Source: Diploschistes diacapsis (Eukaryota). Taken from it: DNA of 43,691 nt. Every line of letters starts with the position of its first letter. Position 1 is the first letter of the stretch. The translations under genes and the position numbers were made by a program. The notes under the pieces are model-generated. The model was not told where the DNA came from, ran no database searches, and saw only the letters and a list, made by a program, of their open reading frames with translations. Of this stretch, positions 1-16,500 are shown in pieces. The stretch spans positions 1 to 43,691 of the forward strand of contig JALAIB010000033.1 of NCBI GenBank assembly GCA_023645945.1, given 5' to 3'.

Positions 1-2347
1 CCACCTCCTCCCCCAACCTCAACGCCCCGTTCCAACCCAGTACCCCCAACACATCCTCTTTGGTCCCGTACAACGCGCTCTCCTTGGCTGCCAGAACCCC
101 CACGCACGCCCTGATGATAGCCGCATCGCCATCGAAAACAATCACGTCCCAGAGCCTCTGCACTAACGGTAGCGAGAGGCCCTTTGCTGCTGCAGCCGGC
201 TTCGGCGGTTTCCCGCTCCCGGCCGTGCCGGGCGGGGACTTCGGGCCGGCGGGACTCGAAAACGAAAAGGACGCGAAGCCGGACCTGATGCTCGACACGG
301 CAGTGGTCGGCGTCGGAGGACCCTGCTCGTCGCAGCAGCCGTTTAGGAACAGCGTCCTGACCGCCGGCTCCAGGACTTCCTCGGGATTGAGGCTCAGCCC
401 ACCCTCCCTTACGGGCCCAAAGAGGTGAGCGTGCAGTCTCGATCTCTTTGCCTTGAGAAGGTTGATGATGAGGTCGTATGTCCTATTCGTTCCGCTTAGA
501 TCGCCTGTCAGGAAAGCTAGGGGAAGTGGGCGGTTCAGAAGGTTCGCGAGAGCGATGAAAGCGTCGTTTGCGGAGGGCATTGTCAGCAAAAGGAGAGCGG
601 CGGGAAGGTGCGTGCCGTGCACGTAGCCGATATCCGAGCGATAGAGGGCGTAGGCGGAAAGGAGGTCGAGGAGGCCTTCGTGGAGGGGCTGGGTGGCTTG
701 GAAGAGGTGTAAGCCCACGAGCGTCTGACGAACGTCACGGCGAATGGCGAAGAGCCATGCGACTTCCCTTGGAACTTCGGAGGCAGCGTTGGTGGATGAC
801 GACCATGGCCGCGACGTAGGAGAGCTGACCTCGACGGCCTTTGCGCGGGCGAGGGCTTTGGCGTACGTGTTCGGGTTTAGGCCAAGCTCGTTGGTGATGG
901 CGCGCTTCCAGACCTCGGGGCGGGACCGCGCAGGGACGCCGCGCCACCAGAGTTCTCGTGATCGGGGCTCTCGGATAGCGGTCGACCAGTGGGGCAGGAC
1001 GTGTTCATCCCAGATGCGCTGAAGCATGAGGTTAGTATCGTCGCGCGCGCATTTAGCCGTTGCGGCATTGGCGGTACGTTTCTTTTCTGCAGCGAGTCAG
1101 CTAGGCTGATGGTAATTACAAAGGACAACCCTCGGCTTACCGGCCTCTAGGCTGGCCTCCATCATCCGCTGGTATTCCTTCACGTGCTTTTTCTCCTCCT
1201 TTTGGCTTTTGGGCGGCAGCCAGCTTGGTCTCGTTCGGCTCAGCACCTTCTCTTTCTCCTTGCTGATGGGTAGTGGATCGATCATCACGTTGTTCCTTCT
1301 CAGCGGCGGGAGCTCAACAATTGACGACTTGACCCTTCGCTTTTCCAACACAGATTCTTTGAAGCTCACTTCACTGTCCCCCTTCTGTTCCGCTTCCTGA
1401 GCATGCGCATCGAGCGCTTCGGACAACGAGAGGGCGTCTTCTGAGAGATCTGAGAGCACATTGTTCCATGATTTCGCTCGGATCTTTCCAAACGTGAATG
1501 TATCGAGCGCGCCGATCGAGGCGCCGCGCGGCATGTGCGGGGTCATGGAAGAGGAGGGTACTGGTGCCGCGGCAGGAGAGAAGGGTTTCGCGGGGATTGG
1601 TGCAGATTTTGCGATGCGTAAGTGGCTCAGACCAGGCGAGCTGCTGAGAAAGCTTGGGCGCTCCGGACTCGTGTTTGCGGAAGCATTGGTTGAGTTTGCA
1701 GCAGAAGAGGCTGTTCGGTATAGGCCTGGCGATAGAGGCACGTTCCAAAGACTTGCTTCATCTGGAAGATCTTCATCAGAATCGTGGTATTCGGCCTCAA
1801 TCTCCTTTGCAGTCTTTCTCGGCTTGGTCGATGAGCCCCTCCGAGGAATCGGCCTTCCGAGGTTCGAAGAAGATGCGGTTCGAAGAGAAGCGTTGCTGGG
1901 CGAGATTGGCCTCTGATTGAGGTGTGTTGGCGAGGGAGAACGGGAGGGGCTTCTGGCCAGATTCGGTAACGACTTCTTCGCTCCGGGTAACGCTAGGGAT
2001 ATCTGAGACCCCTGTCTAGAGATTCGATCGGCTAGAGCACCCGCGGGGGCTGTTGCAGGCCTGGGAACTCCATTCACCAACTCTCTCATCACAGGCGTTG
2101 CCGTTACTTGCAGCTTCGTCTGTAAGGTCGAGGAATGCGCGGTGCCCGCAGACCCTCCCCCCACCGTTCTGTTATTGTTGAAGTTTGTAGTGTTGGTGTC
2201 ATCCTCCAAACCAATGTCTTCGAAGTGAGCAAGGTCTGCATCGATGGTGTCTGCGGTCAGACCGGAAGAGGAGTGGAAGGACGAGCATTTTGAAGACTTT
2301 GAGCTTGTAAGCTCGGGTGGTGAACCGGGAGCTTGAGCAAGCATCAT
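1..2347 (-). CDS. TBC (Rab-GAP) domain protein, TBC1D12/14-like, with long S/P-rich N-terminus; 3' end beyond window start. Exons 2347-1141 and 1086-<1
   Basis: ORF 2347-1097 is interrupted by an intron at 1140-1087 (GTAAGC...CTGAC...GCAG). The spliced frame stays open to position 1 and reads [60 protein letters not shown] and [22 protein letters not shown], which are typical TBC motifs. Confidence 0.85.
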
Positions 2348-3410
2348 CTCATGGTGTATGTATGCGTCGCTCGGGCGTCCTGTGCGTTACTGGTTGCTCG
2401 CTCGAAAACGGATGGTAAGAGGATGGATCGAGGATGTGAATAGCGTGTAACCAGTGAAGTACAGTTTAGTCCGAGTATTTAGAAGAAAGCGATGGTTGAT
2501 TGTGCAGCCGGATATAGCGAAGGAGCGTGTTGTGTTTGTTCGTTAGGCGGCGAATGTACAAAGTCTGTATGTGCGCGGCACCCGAAGTGAAAGTCGATAG
2601 GGTGAAGAATGCGATAGATTAGAAGCGGAAGACGGTTAGTTGTTAAGATGAGGTTGATGGTGACCATGGGCTGGCATCAATGGGGATGAGGATGTTTAAT
2701 CGCATCTCGGCTTGTTTCTCTTTTTCGCTCTTTCTTTTGCCCTGCCGTGCCGGTCAAGGGCCAATGAGAGGGCAATGGCAGTCTATGATCTCATTTTGGT
2801 ATCTATACTAAACATGGTTCTTGGTGAATAGAATCGATATCATTGAACTGTGTTCTTTTGTTTTGCTATCCTATGAAAACAACCGTTATTGAGTACATAG
2901 ACAAGGCGGCTGTCCTGCTACCCCCAGCCTGCAGCAACAGATACAAAACCACAGGCGCCCCGGATCCTAAGACCGATGCTTTTCCTCTTCCTTTGAACAG
3001 CCTTAAGTCTTATGTATCGAGTACTGGAATAGGAGTATCGCTGTGTTTATTTCGTGGCGAATTACTATGCCAGTCAGGCCAATCCACACCGATTGGTAGT
3101 ATGGCAGCATAACCCAGCCTTGTCACCCCATACTCCTGCGCCTTTACAGAGCCATCTTGTTCAGCACTGACTGCTATGCTCTTCCCGAGGGTATGTGTGC
3201 CGTCTCTTTGCCCACAGCGCCATGCTCTGCCCGTCGCCAAAATCCGTAGAATTGTAAAAAGACCAAAGTTTCCAGAAAAGCGAGAGCGAGCCGTCAACAG
3301 CGAACCACCACGAGCCCAAGACTCCTTTCTGACGTTGGTCGGCCAAAGGTTCATGCGCGCGCACACTAATCATGCAGTAGTAGACAGTAGCAATGCTAAT
3401 GCCCTGGACC

Positions 3411-6400
3411 TTAGTATCGGTACCCTCGGTACAGCACGTTACCAGCTCGCGCAACTTCCCTTAATCTGCATGCCTCGCGCTCGTTTCGAGGAGTCGCAGC
3501 CGCAACTTGGTCTTGCAGCCACCGATGGATCGCAACGTGGCCGCTCTGCTTGCTGCCAAAAACGCGCGAGAACGCCGCGGCAAGGAGCCTAACCGAGAAG
3601 AAGCCCGTTCCGTTAGCACAATGCCATCGATCAAAATTAGAGAAACCACAAGACGCAATACAAACACGTAAACTCACCATTTCGTCTGTACCCTGCTGAT
3701 CGCGCATTCGTAATCTCGCAATCCTTTTCCCCTATGTCTGCTCGAGATCAAAACAAATGCCAGGTCCATGAGATCACTGATCGTCTCTGCTCCGATTCAG
3801 CACCGCGTTTCAGACTGCCTCGACCAGCCCTATGCTTCCCGAAACCAGACTGTTGGGCGCGACTCACTCATCAAGAACCCTTCTCCGATCTTCCTCCGAG
3901 ATCCTAGAGATCTGAGATACCGGTAGCCTTTCATGGCTGATTCGAGGAAACTCTGATACAAAGTATGCAGCACAGTACTGGACGAGTTGAGACTGGTGTC
4001 CGTAAGCATTGCATGAAGCTGGATCTTCAAAGCCCTGCGAGTATCCTGTCAGCCCAGAATCTCTTTAAAAAAGTCTATACTTAGTGGCCATACGTCATTG
4101 TTCTGCGATAGAATGCCTCTCCCGTAGACTTGAACCTTTCTACCGTCAGCGAGTCGCCAATTGCTGTTCTGATTAGCAGTGCGATAGCTTTAGTTGATGG
4201 ATCTAGCTTACTGTTCTCCTGTTGACGAACTCTATCTTTTGAGATCTCGAGACTCCTGGTATTGATCGTTGTCCCACAGTAAGGAAACTCTATCCTGTCA
4301 CCTAGGTGCTTGACATCGAGGCCGTTGATCTGGCAGCGGAAGTTCGTGAGTGATTTCTCGGGTCGGATCACGATTCCGTAATCTTCATTACCGTCATGCA
4401 TTACCTGGAGAAACTGTTTGGCTTTGTCGGCGTCAATTGTGATGAGCAGAAAGTCGTCTATCAGCCGCAAAAGCAGACAACTCTGTCCGTCGAGAAAGCC
4501 AAGGCACCTTTTCTCGAAATCTCCGTAGAAGAAGCTGCAAAGAATGCTGGACAGTATCGACCCTTGGGGGATACCTTGCTTTTGTCGGTAGCACTTCTTG
4601 CCTATCTTAACCTTGTTGAGGCGCACATGTTCCCTCAGCAGCTGCATGAGATTCTCCCTCTTTTCCACTGCACCTATGCTAGACTCGACAAAAACCGTAT
4701 TTTGCTTTTCTTGAGCGAGCACCAGGTTGACCAGTTCCGGGAATGAATCTGATTCACTATCGGGGTGGGCGGACATGAGGAATCGTCGACTTGGTTTCGT
4801 TGCCGATGAAAGCGATCCTCGTTTATGACCATGTAGATCATATGCTTTGATCTCAGCGTGCCGACCAATATGATACTGGTCAAGAGAGCAGATTCGCTCC
4901 ATCACGTCGACCATCTCTTCCTGTGGAATGTTGTCGAAGCAAGACTTCACATCCACCTTTGCAAAGTAGAGTCGCCAGTCCGAGCCGCTTGTTCTCTGCA
5001 GCACTGACCGAAACGACTTCAATCTTGAGTGCATATCATTAACCGAGAACATTGATGCCCCGAGGCTGTCAGGTTTTCGGCGCTTCTCGTAATTGAGCAT
5101 GCTCTGCACGGGCTTCAACTGAAAATTGATCGCTCTGCCAAGTGCAAGCTTCCCGTTTCGCATCGTCAGCGCTCGGCGTCGAAGGTTCATGATGGGCCGA
5201 AAAGTTGTTCCTTTTGGAACCAATCGCATCTGGCTGAATGTGAGGCTTGTGGCGTCGGAAGATTTTCCTAGCCGTTTTGCTCCTAATTCCTGGAACATCG
5301 AAACCTTTAGCGTGGACAGCGAGGGTTCTGTCAGTAACCTCCAGACATCATGACGAAAGAAAAACAAGCGATTCCTGTCCAAGTTCGATTCTGTGATATG
5401 GAAGTTGGAGCGTAGCAAAGGGACGAGAATTGAGTCAAAAACATAATAGACCAGCTCGTAGAGGATCTCTTTCCTCTTCTCAAAATCTTGCTTTGACATT
5501 TTGTCGCCAATGCGGGCTTTTGGCGGAGTGAGCCAGCTAATACTAGAGACCTACATTATGTGAGCTCTAAAGGTCCGTCTGTAGAGATTCGGCTACCTTC
5601 AAATCCTGACACACCGCATGGAGGGTGAGGTTCTCATATCGACGGCAGGTAACGAAATGATCCACAAACTTCACTATTTTTCTCTGGTTTTCTTCACCCT
5701 CATGGTCACTACCCCACAGGTCCTTTGGCAGGATTTTCGACAGAACAGCCCAGCAGAAAACCGATACGCAACTCCTCGGTACTGCTGATTCTGTGACATG
5801 GTTTCCAGGTACAGTAATCGGGCTCTTTGATTTAGAGCTGGGCTTGGGCTGTTGCTCCTTCCATCTGGTCGGACCATCAATCCACTAAGAATGGTTAGCC
5901 AAAGTTTGAAAGTTTATCATCATGCCTACCTCTATCGGGCAATAATATTTCAGCAGTTGTACATACGAACATTGAAAATGTGACTTCAAAACTCTTGCGA
6001 TAAGGAGCGGCAACGACCCACGCAGACGCTTGGGTAAATGGCACGCAGTCAGACTACGGTTCCCTGTTCTTGCTTCAGCCAACCGACTTGCAAAAGCGAT
6101 CTCTCGCTCTCGTAAGGTGTAGTCCTTGAAGGGATGTGCTGTTTCCTTGGAATCAACGGAAGAGGTAAAGACATTATGTAACCTGAATTGCCGGGGAAAG
6201 ATATACTTCATCACGTGAATCACATGCTTTGCATTCTGGTGGTCCGGGTAGCGGTTGAATACATCTGGTTACTGTTAATGAAGGCCTTTCACTTGTTAGG
6301 TTGACAACTGACGAATATGGCGAAGACCAAAGCGCACGCCACCTTTAGCGTTCAATGCAGCCCGAGCATACAGCATACGACTCCGAACGAAGGTAATATC

Positions 6401-7421
6401 GGATGTTGTTCGTTTTCCAGAACCTAAGGATCTGTTGGAAGGCTGTTGAGCCATCGAGCGCTGGTTAGAGTCAACATTCTTACTGGAGTCGGACAGCGCC
6501 GGCAACTCTGACAACGACACGCCTAAAGTTACATTAGTTTCTCTTAGTGCTGCAAGACGTCCACGAACCTGAAAGCTGAATCAGATTACCCTTCCCGACT
6601 TCCGCCGGCTGGAAGATTCCACAGTGCAAAATCAGGTCCAGCATTACCCTGTCACCGTCCTTCCCAAGTAGCTGCAAAAGTTCCTGCCAAGCGGCATTTG
6701 ACATGATGGAGGCATTAGTCTTTGCAGCAACACGGACTAAGCCGTTACTGCCTACTACCTCGTTGTGTGTCCTGTGAAGGGCATGATTCGGTATCTCAAA
6801 GCCGTTGCACAGTACATGCGGAGGCCTCCTCATTTGACGATAAACCCCATAGAATAAATGGCCAACGGCAAACTCAACAAGCTGAAGCCAGCGTCAGTAC
6901 TTTAAAACAAGATCTAAAGGAGTCCTAGGATAGAATCGACAGAGGGTTTCTTAGCCTACCTCATGCTGCGTCACGTTGCCCTGGCCCTCGCTACTCCTCA
7001 CACTCGAATGCAGCTTTTGAGAAAGGGGCTCGAGCACTCGCTTGCACTGATCCATGGAAGCGTTTGGTCGTGCACCAAGACCGTATCCGACTACGGTCGT
7101 GCCCAATAGCTTGGACAGACCGTTTCTCTCCGCCGATAACGAAGTACCCTCTTCTCCAACCCTCACACAATCAGATGCACGACTGTCGGTTGGCGCACTC
7201 TCGCCTGCCCAGCTCGGTATAGCTCTCACTCTCTGCTTCCTCAGCCTCGACGATTTGGGGAAGCGAGATAGTATATAATCACGAAGAGTGGAGACTTTAG
7301 GATAGTAGAGCCCCAGCAGAGGATAGCTAGCAAGAGAGCCGTGTGCATTCAGTTTGAGGCGTTTTGGGTGGCCCCATGTTGAGGCTTCTTGTGCGGCGGC
7401 ACGTTTTCGCTTCCTCGCCAT
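3411..7421 (-). CDS. TERT: Telomerase reverse transcriptase, about 1156 aa, 10 exons: 7421-6960, 6881-6569, 6522-6313, 6264-5930, 5884-5597, 5550-4212, 4163-4094, 4034-3868, 3786-3678, 3588-3411
   Basis: GQ region (WQELLQLLG..VMLDLI..GNLIQLSG), YIFPRQF, CP motif (CSYVQLLKYYCP), QFP region (VSVFCWAVLSKILP), T motif (FHITESNLDRNRLFFFRHDVW), motifs 1/2 (RLVPKG..FRPIMNL), A (KVDVKSCFDNIP), B' (QKQGIPQGSILSSILCSFFY), C (LLRLIDDFLLIT) and E (FPYCG). Nine GT-AG introns join into one frame (3471 nt). Starts MARKRKR (NLS-like). Confidence 0.96.
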
Positions 7422-7838
7422 AATGTATGATAACTCCAAAGATCATGAAACCAAATAGGAACAGCAGCGTGTACTACTAGACTGAAGATTGAGACTTGAT
7501 AAGCTACTTCTCGGTTATTATTACCGACGGTAAAATATATGCTTTATGCTTTGCGTCTGCACTGTGTATAGGTTTCCATAGAAGATTTGCCCTGTGCGCG
7601 TAGAAGACGCGCACGGGTGTTGTTGTACAAGGAAAACACGTTAGGATGGCCATATCACGTGTCAACCACCTCAGTAGAGAATTGGTGATAGCATAGTATA
7701 TACCCAAGCATGCTCGTACATTTTATTTGGGGAGATCTACCGGCATTTTAACTGTAGCATTACCGAGCCTATATTGATCATCTATCCTTTCATTACTGTC
7801 TTCAATTAAGCCCAGCCCGAAGAATTTGGGCCAACCAT

Positions 7839-10519
<2,681 letters not shown>

Positions 10520-13500
10520 ATGGCTTTGTCTAGTCAAACATCCTTGGAGTCTTTTACTGGCACCGAGGGAATCGAGACAATCCATCACCAGCAGCTGCCA
10601 AAGACCACCTCGCCCGTGGACTCTTGCGAGGTTCCATTCCCATGTCTCTCCGGACTTAGGAAGGAAGCCTTCTCCAATAACAAGACTGAAGTATCATGGG
10701 CTGCCTCTCATTCCTGGGAGTGGGCGGAATCGGCATTGAGCGATATGGAAGTTACCTTCTCCGCCCTTCTCCAAGCTTCTTGCGGCTTGATACTCGCAGC
10801 TTATTGTGGATTAAGCCTAGAGGATATCTCCTTTAGATTCTGCTCTGTGGAAGACTTTCATCGATGTGCTGATCCCTCTGATCCCGAATTTGCATGGCCA
10901 GTGAGGTTCAACAGAACAAAGATAGTCACTAACCGTGATGTACTTCAACAGCTCTGCCAATACGGCGGTCGTCCTGATCTTGATCCTCACGACGGCTCCG
11001 GCGTCGAAAGTCTTCCCAACACTAGTGTAAGAGACTTTCGGCCTATTTATCTACGTGATTTCGTGCTCATCAGTCAAGACGGGGCAGATTCACACTTCAG
11101 CATCCACGACCACTCCAATGAATCGACTACAAGGGTTGTGCTTGTCAAAGTTATGGTAGACTCCGACAGGATAATCGAGTACAGAGCCATTTTTTCCGAC
11201 AAACATTTAAGCGGCACTGCTGCTGTCATGATGTTACGCCAGCTTAATGAAATAGTGTGGTGGATTCTCTCCAACCCAGATGCTAGCTTTAAGAATGCTA
11301 TGGACGGCATTCCCAGCCATTTGAAGCTGAAAGCCTCTCTGAGCAGTGTCCCACTAGAATCTACGTGCAACCAAAGCTTCCCCCTTCTACAAAGCCAGTT
11401 CGAACACCGTGCGGTTGTCCATGCAGCCGACGTGGCTCTTTCATATGTGGAAGAATTGGACGACGGTCAGTTGTGCTCGCGAGAATGGTCGTATGGCTCC
11501 CTCAACTTCGATTCTATCAAATTGGCGCAATATCTTTTGAATCAATTCGGCAATCTAAGGGGAACGATTATTCCAATTCTGATGCACAAGGAGCCTCATC
11601 TCTACATAACGATTCTTGCAGTGCTAAAATCTGGAAGTGCCTGGTGTCCTATCGACCCGCTGGCGCCGGCGGAACGTCGTTACAGCCTGATTGCTCGCAC
11701 CGAGTCTTCCATACTCCTTACAAGCAGCGGCTTTGTTAAAGAGAGCCTCGAAGCTAAAATTTCTGGCCTTCGTGTGCTTGACGTACCTGAAACGATGGCT
11801 GCCATCTCGGGATCGCCCTCGGATCCTCGCTTCTCGCCGCCTGCTCTCTCGAAAGATGCTGCGGCTAACGGCCCTGCATATTTGATCTGGACAAGCGGTA
11901 CCACGGGCCCGCCAAAGGGTGTAGTCATATCTCATAGCGCTGCGGTGACGAGTATGGTTGCGTTACAGAAAGAGATTCCAAATGACCCAGTGCGTTGTAT
12001 GCAATTTTCACAGCATACCTTCGATGTTTTCGTTCAAGATCTGTTCTATACCTGGGGTCTGGGAGGGACTGTAATAGCAGCATCACGTGAACTGATGACC
12101 GGGTCATTCGCGCGTCTTGCGAATTTCGCAAAAGCTACACACGCTCATCTAACCCCATCCTTTGCTGCTGATTTACCAAGATCCTCTTGCCCTACGCTCA
12201 GGGTCGTTACTATGATCGGTGAGAGACTTGCGCAGCATGTTGCCGACGCCTGGAACAGCGAGTATCGCTCTTACAACACTTATGGGCCCGCAGAAGCTGC
12301 TGTGGTCTCAACAGTCGCGCAGATTGGTGGCTTCGATGGTACTATGAAGAGTGCAAATATCGGAAGGCCTCTTAATTCGGTTTCATGCCATGTACTTCAG
12401 AATGGTAAAGTTGCTATGGTAAATGCCATAGGGGAGCTCGCTTTAGGCGGCTGCCAGCTGGCTGATGGATACTTTAAAGACCCAGTGAAGACTGCAGAAA
12501 AGTTTGTCTGGAATGATGAGATCGGGGAAAGGCTCTATTTGACCGGTGACAATGTCCGGATGTTGTCATGCTACAACCTCGAATTCCTTGGCCGTCTTGA
12601 TGATCTGGTGAAGATACAAGGTATTCGGGTTGAGCTGAGCGAGATCAGCTTTGCTCTGAGTGGTTGCCATGACTTTGCAAAGGAAATCCACACCTTGTTC
12701 CTGAGACGCAGAGATCGACCGGCGAGAATCATTGTGACTTTCATTAGCATGCAAATGGCGTCATCCGCTGAGCCTTTAGTCGTTCTGAACCACACCGCAG
12801 TGCAAATTGCAACGGCGGCAATGGCGCATGCCAGACAATCGCTGCCAGACTATATGGTCCCCAGCGCGTTTGTCGTCATCGATCATATGCCTTATACGAC
12901 GTCCACTAAGTTGAACAAAAGGGAGCTTGAGAAGATGTATGCATGTCTTGATATTGCGGAATGGGAATCTAAGGTGGACCTTGAGGCGCGATCAGAATCT
13001 GAGCGACAAAACTGGACCCAGCGTGATCTCCAAGTACTGGAGGCCGTTGCCATTACCACCAAGTCGTCAATAAAGGCTATTTCGGGTTCAAGTTACCTTC
13101 CCGCGCTTGGTATCGACTCTCTTGCTTCTGGCAAGCTTTGCTCCAGACTACAAGAAGCCGACTTGCACGTCAGTGTCGCGGATATCCTGCGGTGTCGAAC
13201 AATCAATGATCTATTGAAATGTGTGGGTGCGGACAAAAAGCAAAAACCCCCATCTCAGGCATCTCCGTCTCTGTTTCGGGAAGACCAATGGCTACCCGTT
13301 CTCAAAACTCGGTTTTTCCCGGAGGCCTCCATTGTCTTACCAGCTACTCCATTACAGGAGGGCTTGTTGGTGGAGGCAATTGGGACCCGAATGAGCTACT
13401 GGAACAACCGTTGTTTCAACCTACCACCCGACATTGACGTTAATTGGTTGAGAAGCACATGGCAAGAGGTTTGTGATCGTACCGAAGCTCTCCGCACAAC

Positions 13501-16500
13501 CTTCATTACAAAATCTGAAGTAGAAACCTCTCAATTGACCAATGATAGCCACTGCACATTCGTCCAGGTGATTAATTCGCACTGGGCTGTGGATTGGAGC
13601 ATCATTGGGTATGATAAGAGCAGTTTGGCCGAAAGTTGTAGGCTGCGCGCCCAGGAAATTGCACATCAATGTGCTGAAGCGGCGTTCAAACGACCTCCAT
13701 GGGCAGTAACGCTGTTCAAGGGAGCGGAAAAGGATCGTTTGACCATGATGATTGCTGTGCATCATATCCTGCACGACGAGATTTCATTCCAGTATCTTTT
13801 GAGCGACTTGTGGAACATATACGGCCGCACGAAGTCGGTCCCCCGACGTAGGCAAATGCACGATGCCATTCCGAAAATATACAACTGTTTGAGCTCGTAT
13901 CACTCTAGGAATTTTCGGTTCTGGGAAGAGCAGTTGAAAGGATACGCTGAGTTTGGAAGTGCGCAATTACCGAACCTCGGTGGCGATCTGACCTGTGGAT
14001 CGAGGAATGCTGCACAGGCGATGGTCTCCAAATACCTGGAAGTTCAGATACCAGAGTACGAGATGAACCACGTGGTGCAATTGCTTCAAGTCTCCCCTGC
14101 GTCTTTCTTTCGTGCTGCTTGGGGTTACATTCTCCTTCAGTATTTTGAGGTGCCAAAGATCGTTTTCGGTGATGCAACATCCGAGCGGATCTACTATCCT
14201 GAGTTGGCGGACGCAATTGCACCTCTGCTCTCCGTTGTACCCATTGCTTTCGAGTCATTTTCCACACCACGAGAGCTACTACAGCGACATGAAAAGAATG
14301 TGTTGCTCTTTCGAGAACATCGTAGCATTAGCGCAACTACTGTGAGAAAGCTGATGGGCCGACCTCAGCGTCAGCCTCTCTATGTAGCGCTGTTCAACTA
14401 CTTTCAAGACTCAAATTCTTCTATTAATCCTTGGGAGGAGATCAAAGATCTGGTGGGTCTTAGCGTTGAGCATCCGCTGGCTTTGAATGTACAGAAATTA
14501 CACGCTTCCGATAAGTGGGCGTTGGAAGTTTACGGAGACCGTGCGACTATCAGCTCAGAGCATCTAGGGATAGTATGCCAACAAGTAGCGGCACTCGTTC
14601 CAGCAATGATCGGACATCTTGACAAGCCAATACCGAGCCTCTTCACTGTTTCGCTCAGAGACGCTGTGTCTCATACTAGGTCGGAGATCAAAGGAGCCTT
14701 CACGAGCGATGACCTAACAAATCCCACACGCTGGGCTTCTCTCCATGAATCAGTAGATCCGGGATGGGCAGCGGTTGAAGTAGCCGACAAGATAAAGAAG
14801 CACGAAACAAGCACTGTTACGTGGAATTTTGCTACATTGGATAAAGAGTCCAATAAGATCGCCGGATATCTCTGCGATGCAGGACTTCGACGCGAAACGG
14901 TAGCGATGTGCACCACTCGCTCGTTGATCTCCTACGCAGCCATCCTAGGAATATTCAAATCAGGCAATACCTACCTACCTATCGATGACAGTTTACCGAA
15001 GAAGCGTAAGCTCTTCCTACTCGCAGACAGCCATGCTTCTATTATATTCACGGATTCCATTTGCCGTACAGCCTTCACCGAGGCTCCACTGCACTGTAGA
15101 GTTGTCAATCTGGACAGCCAGGAAGAGATAAGGAAGCTTTCAGTGTTTGAGAACGCACGAGTTTTGTTTTCTTCAGATCCAAACGATAACGCGTACCTCC
15201 TATATACATCTGGATCTACGGGGCAGCCCAAAGGGGTTTTCATAAGTTATCGCAATCTTTGCAATTTCGTGGAAGGCCTCGTGGAAGTTATCGGTAACTG
15301 CTTCCCTAAGGCGATGTCGCTCCGAGGTCGTGGTAAGTTTCTGGGGCTTGCAAGTCGAGCGTTCGATGTTCATATTTGCGAAATTTTCCTTGGTTGGCGG
15401 CTCGGTCTTTGCGCTGTCACGGCTCCTCGGGAGGTCCTCCTTGATGACTTGAGACTTGCTCTAACCGAGCTCAAAGTCACCCACGCCTGCTTTGTTCCTA
15501 CATTGCTGGACCAAGCTGGTCTTGAACCGGATGATGTACCTGAGTTAACGTATTTTTCCGTAGGGGGAGAGAAAATAACGCCAAAGATCTTGGAGGTCTG
15601 GGGATCCCAAAACAAGACGCTCGTTGTGAATGCATATGGGCCAACGGAGCTCGCCATCGGTTGTTGCGCGTCGAGAGTCACATCACAGTCTGACCCTAAG
15701 AATATAGGTCGACCGTTCGGAAATACCGTTGTGCATGTACTAATTCCGGAAACCTTCGATTATGCGATTAGGGGCCAATCAGGTGAGCTCTGCGTTAGTG
15801 GCGAGCTTGTAGGGAATGGCTACTTGAAACGACCAGATGCAGTAGGTTTTGTTGATGATTTCAACGGCCAAAAGATGTACAGGACTGGGGATATTGTTCG
15901 TATGATGGCAGATGGATCGCTGGAATATCTTGGACGCAACGACGACCAAACCAAGATTCGAGGTCAAAGGATTGAGCTTGGGGAGGTCTCCGAGTGTATC
16001 AAGGATGTTGTGGGAATGGGTGTGGATGTTGCAAGTCTAGTGTTGCAACACCCGGATCGTCAAAGACCGCAATTAGTTTCTTTTATTGCGCCAGCTCTCG
16101 AAAGACAACACCGTTATGGTGCTATCCCTTGCATAAAATCTGCAGCTCCTGCAGCATGGTCTGAAGCTCGAGCTGGATGTCGTGAACGCTTAGCGGGATA
16201 CATGTTACCTGACCATGTGATACCAACAAGTGTGATACCTCTAGCTCTCTCATCGGGCAAAGTAGACGTTAAACTACTGAAATACCTTTTCGTTACTCTA
16301 TCGTTACCTCAGCTGTTCGCTCTCGCGAAGGAGGAAGAGAAAAAGGGAGACGTCAGACGCCGCCTAACGGAAGACGAGGAAATTGTGGCAGGCCTCGCCC
16401 ACGAAGCGCTGAGTGTAGAAAGAGTTAACATCTTACATGACACCAACCTCTTCGAACTGGGCCTCAATAGTTTGAGTGCAGTCAGCTTGTCCGGCAGACT

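Noticed and set aside
2843..3592. Short ORFs between the TBC gene and TERT (e.g. 3010-3366 -, 3176-3592 +)
   Set aside because: No recognisable domain, mostly non-ATG starts, and partly antisense to the last TERT exon. More simply explained as TERT 3'UTR plus TBC promoter.
4081..5499. RT domain as a retrotransposon or other mobile element
   Set aside because: It has the telomerase T motif, upstream GQ/CP/QFP exons and spliceosomal introns, with no LTRs, gag or endonuclease. It is cellular TERT.
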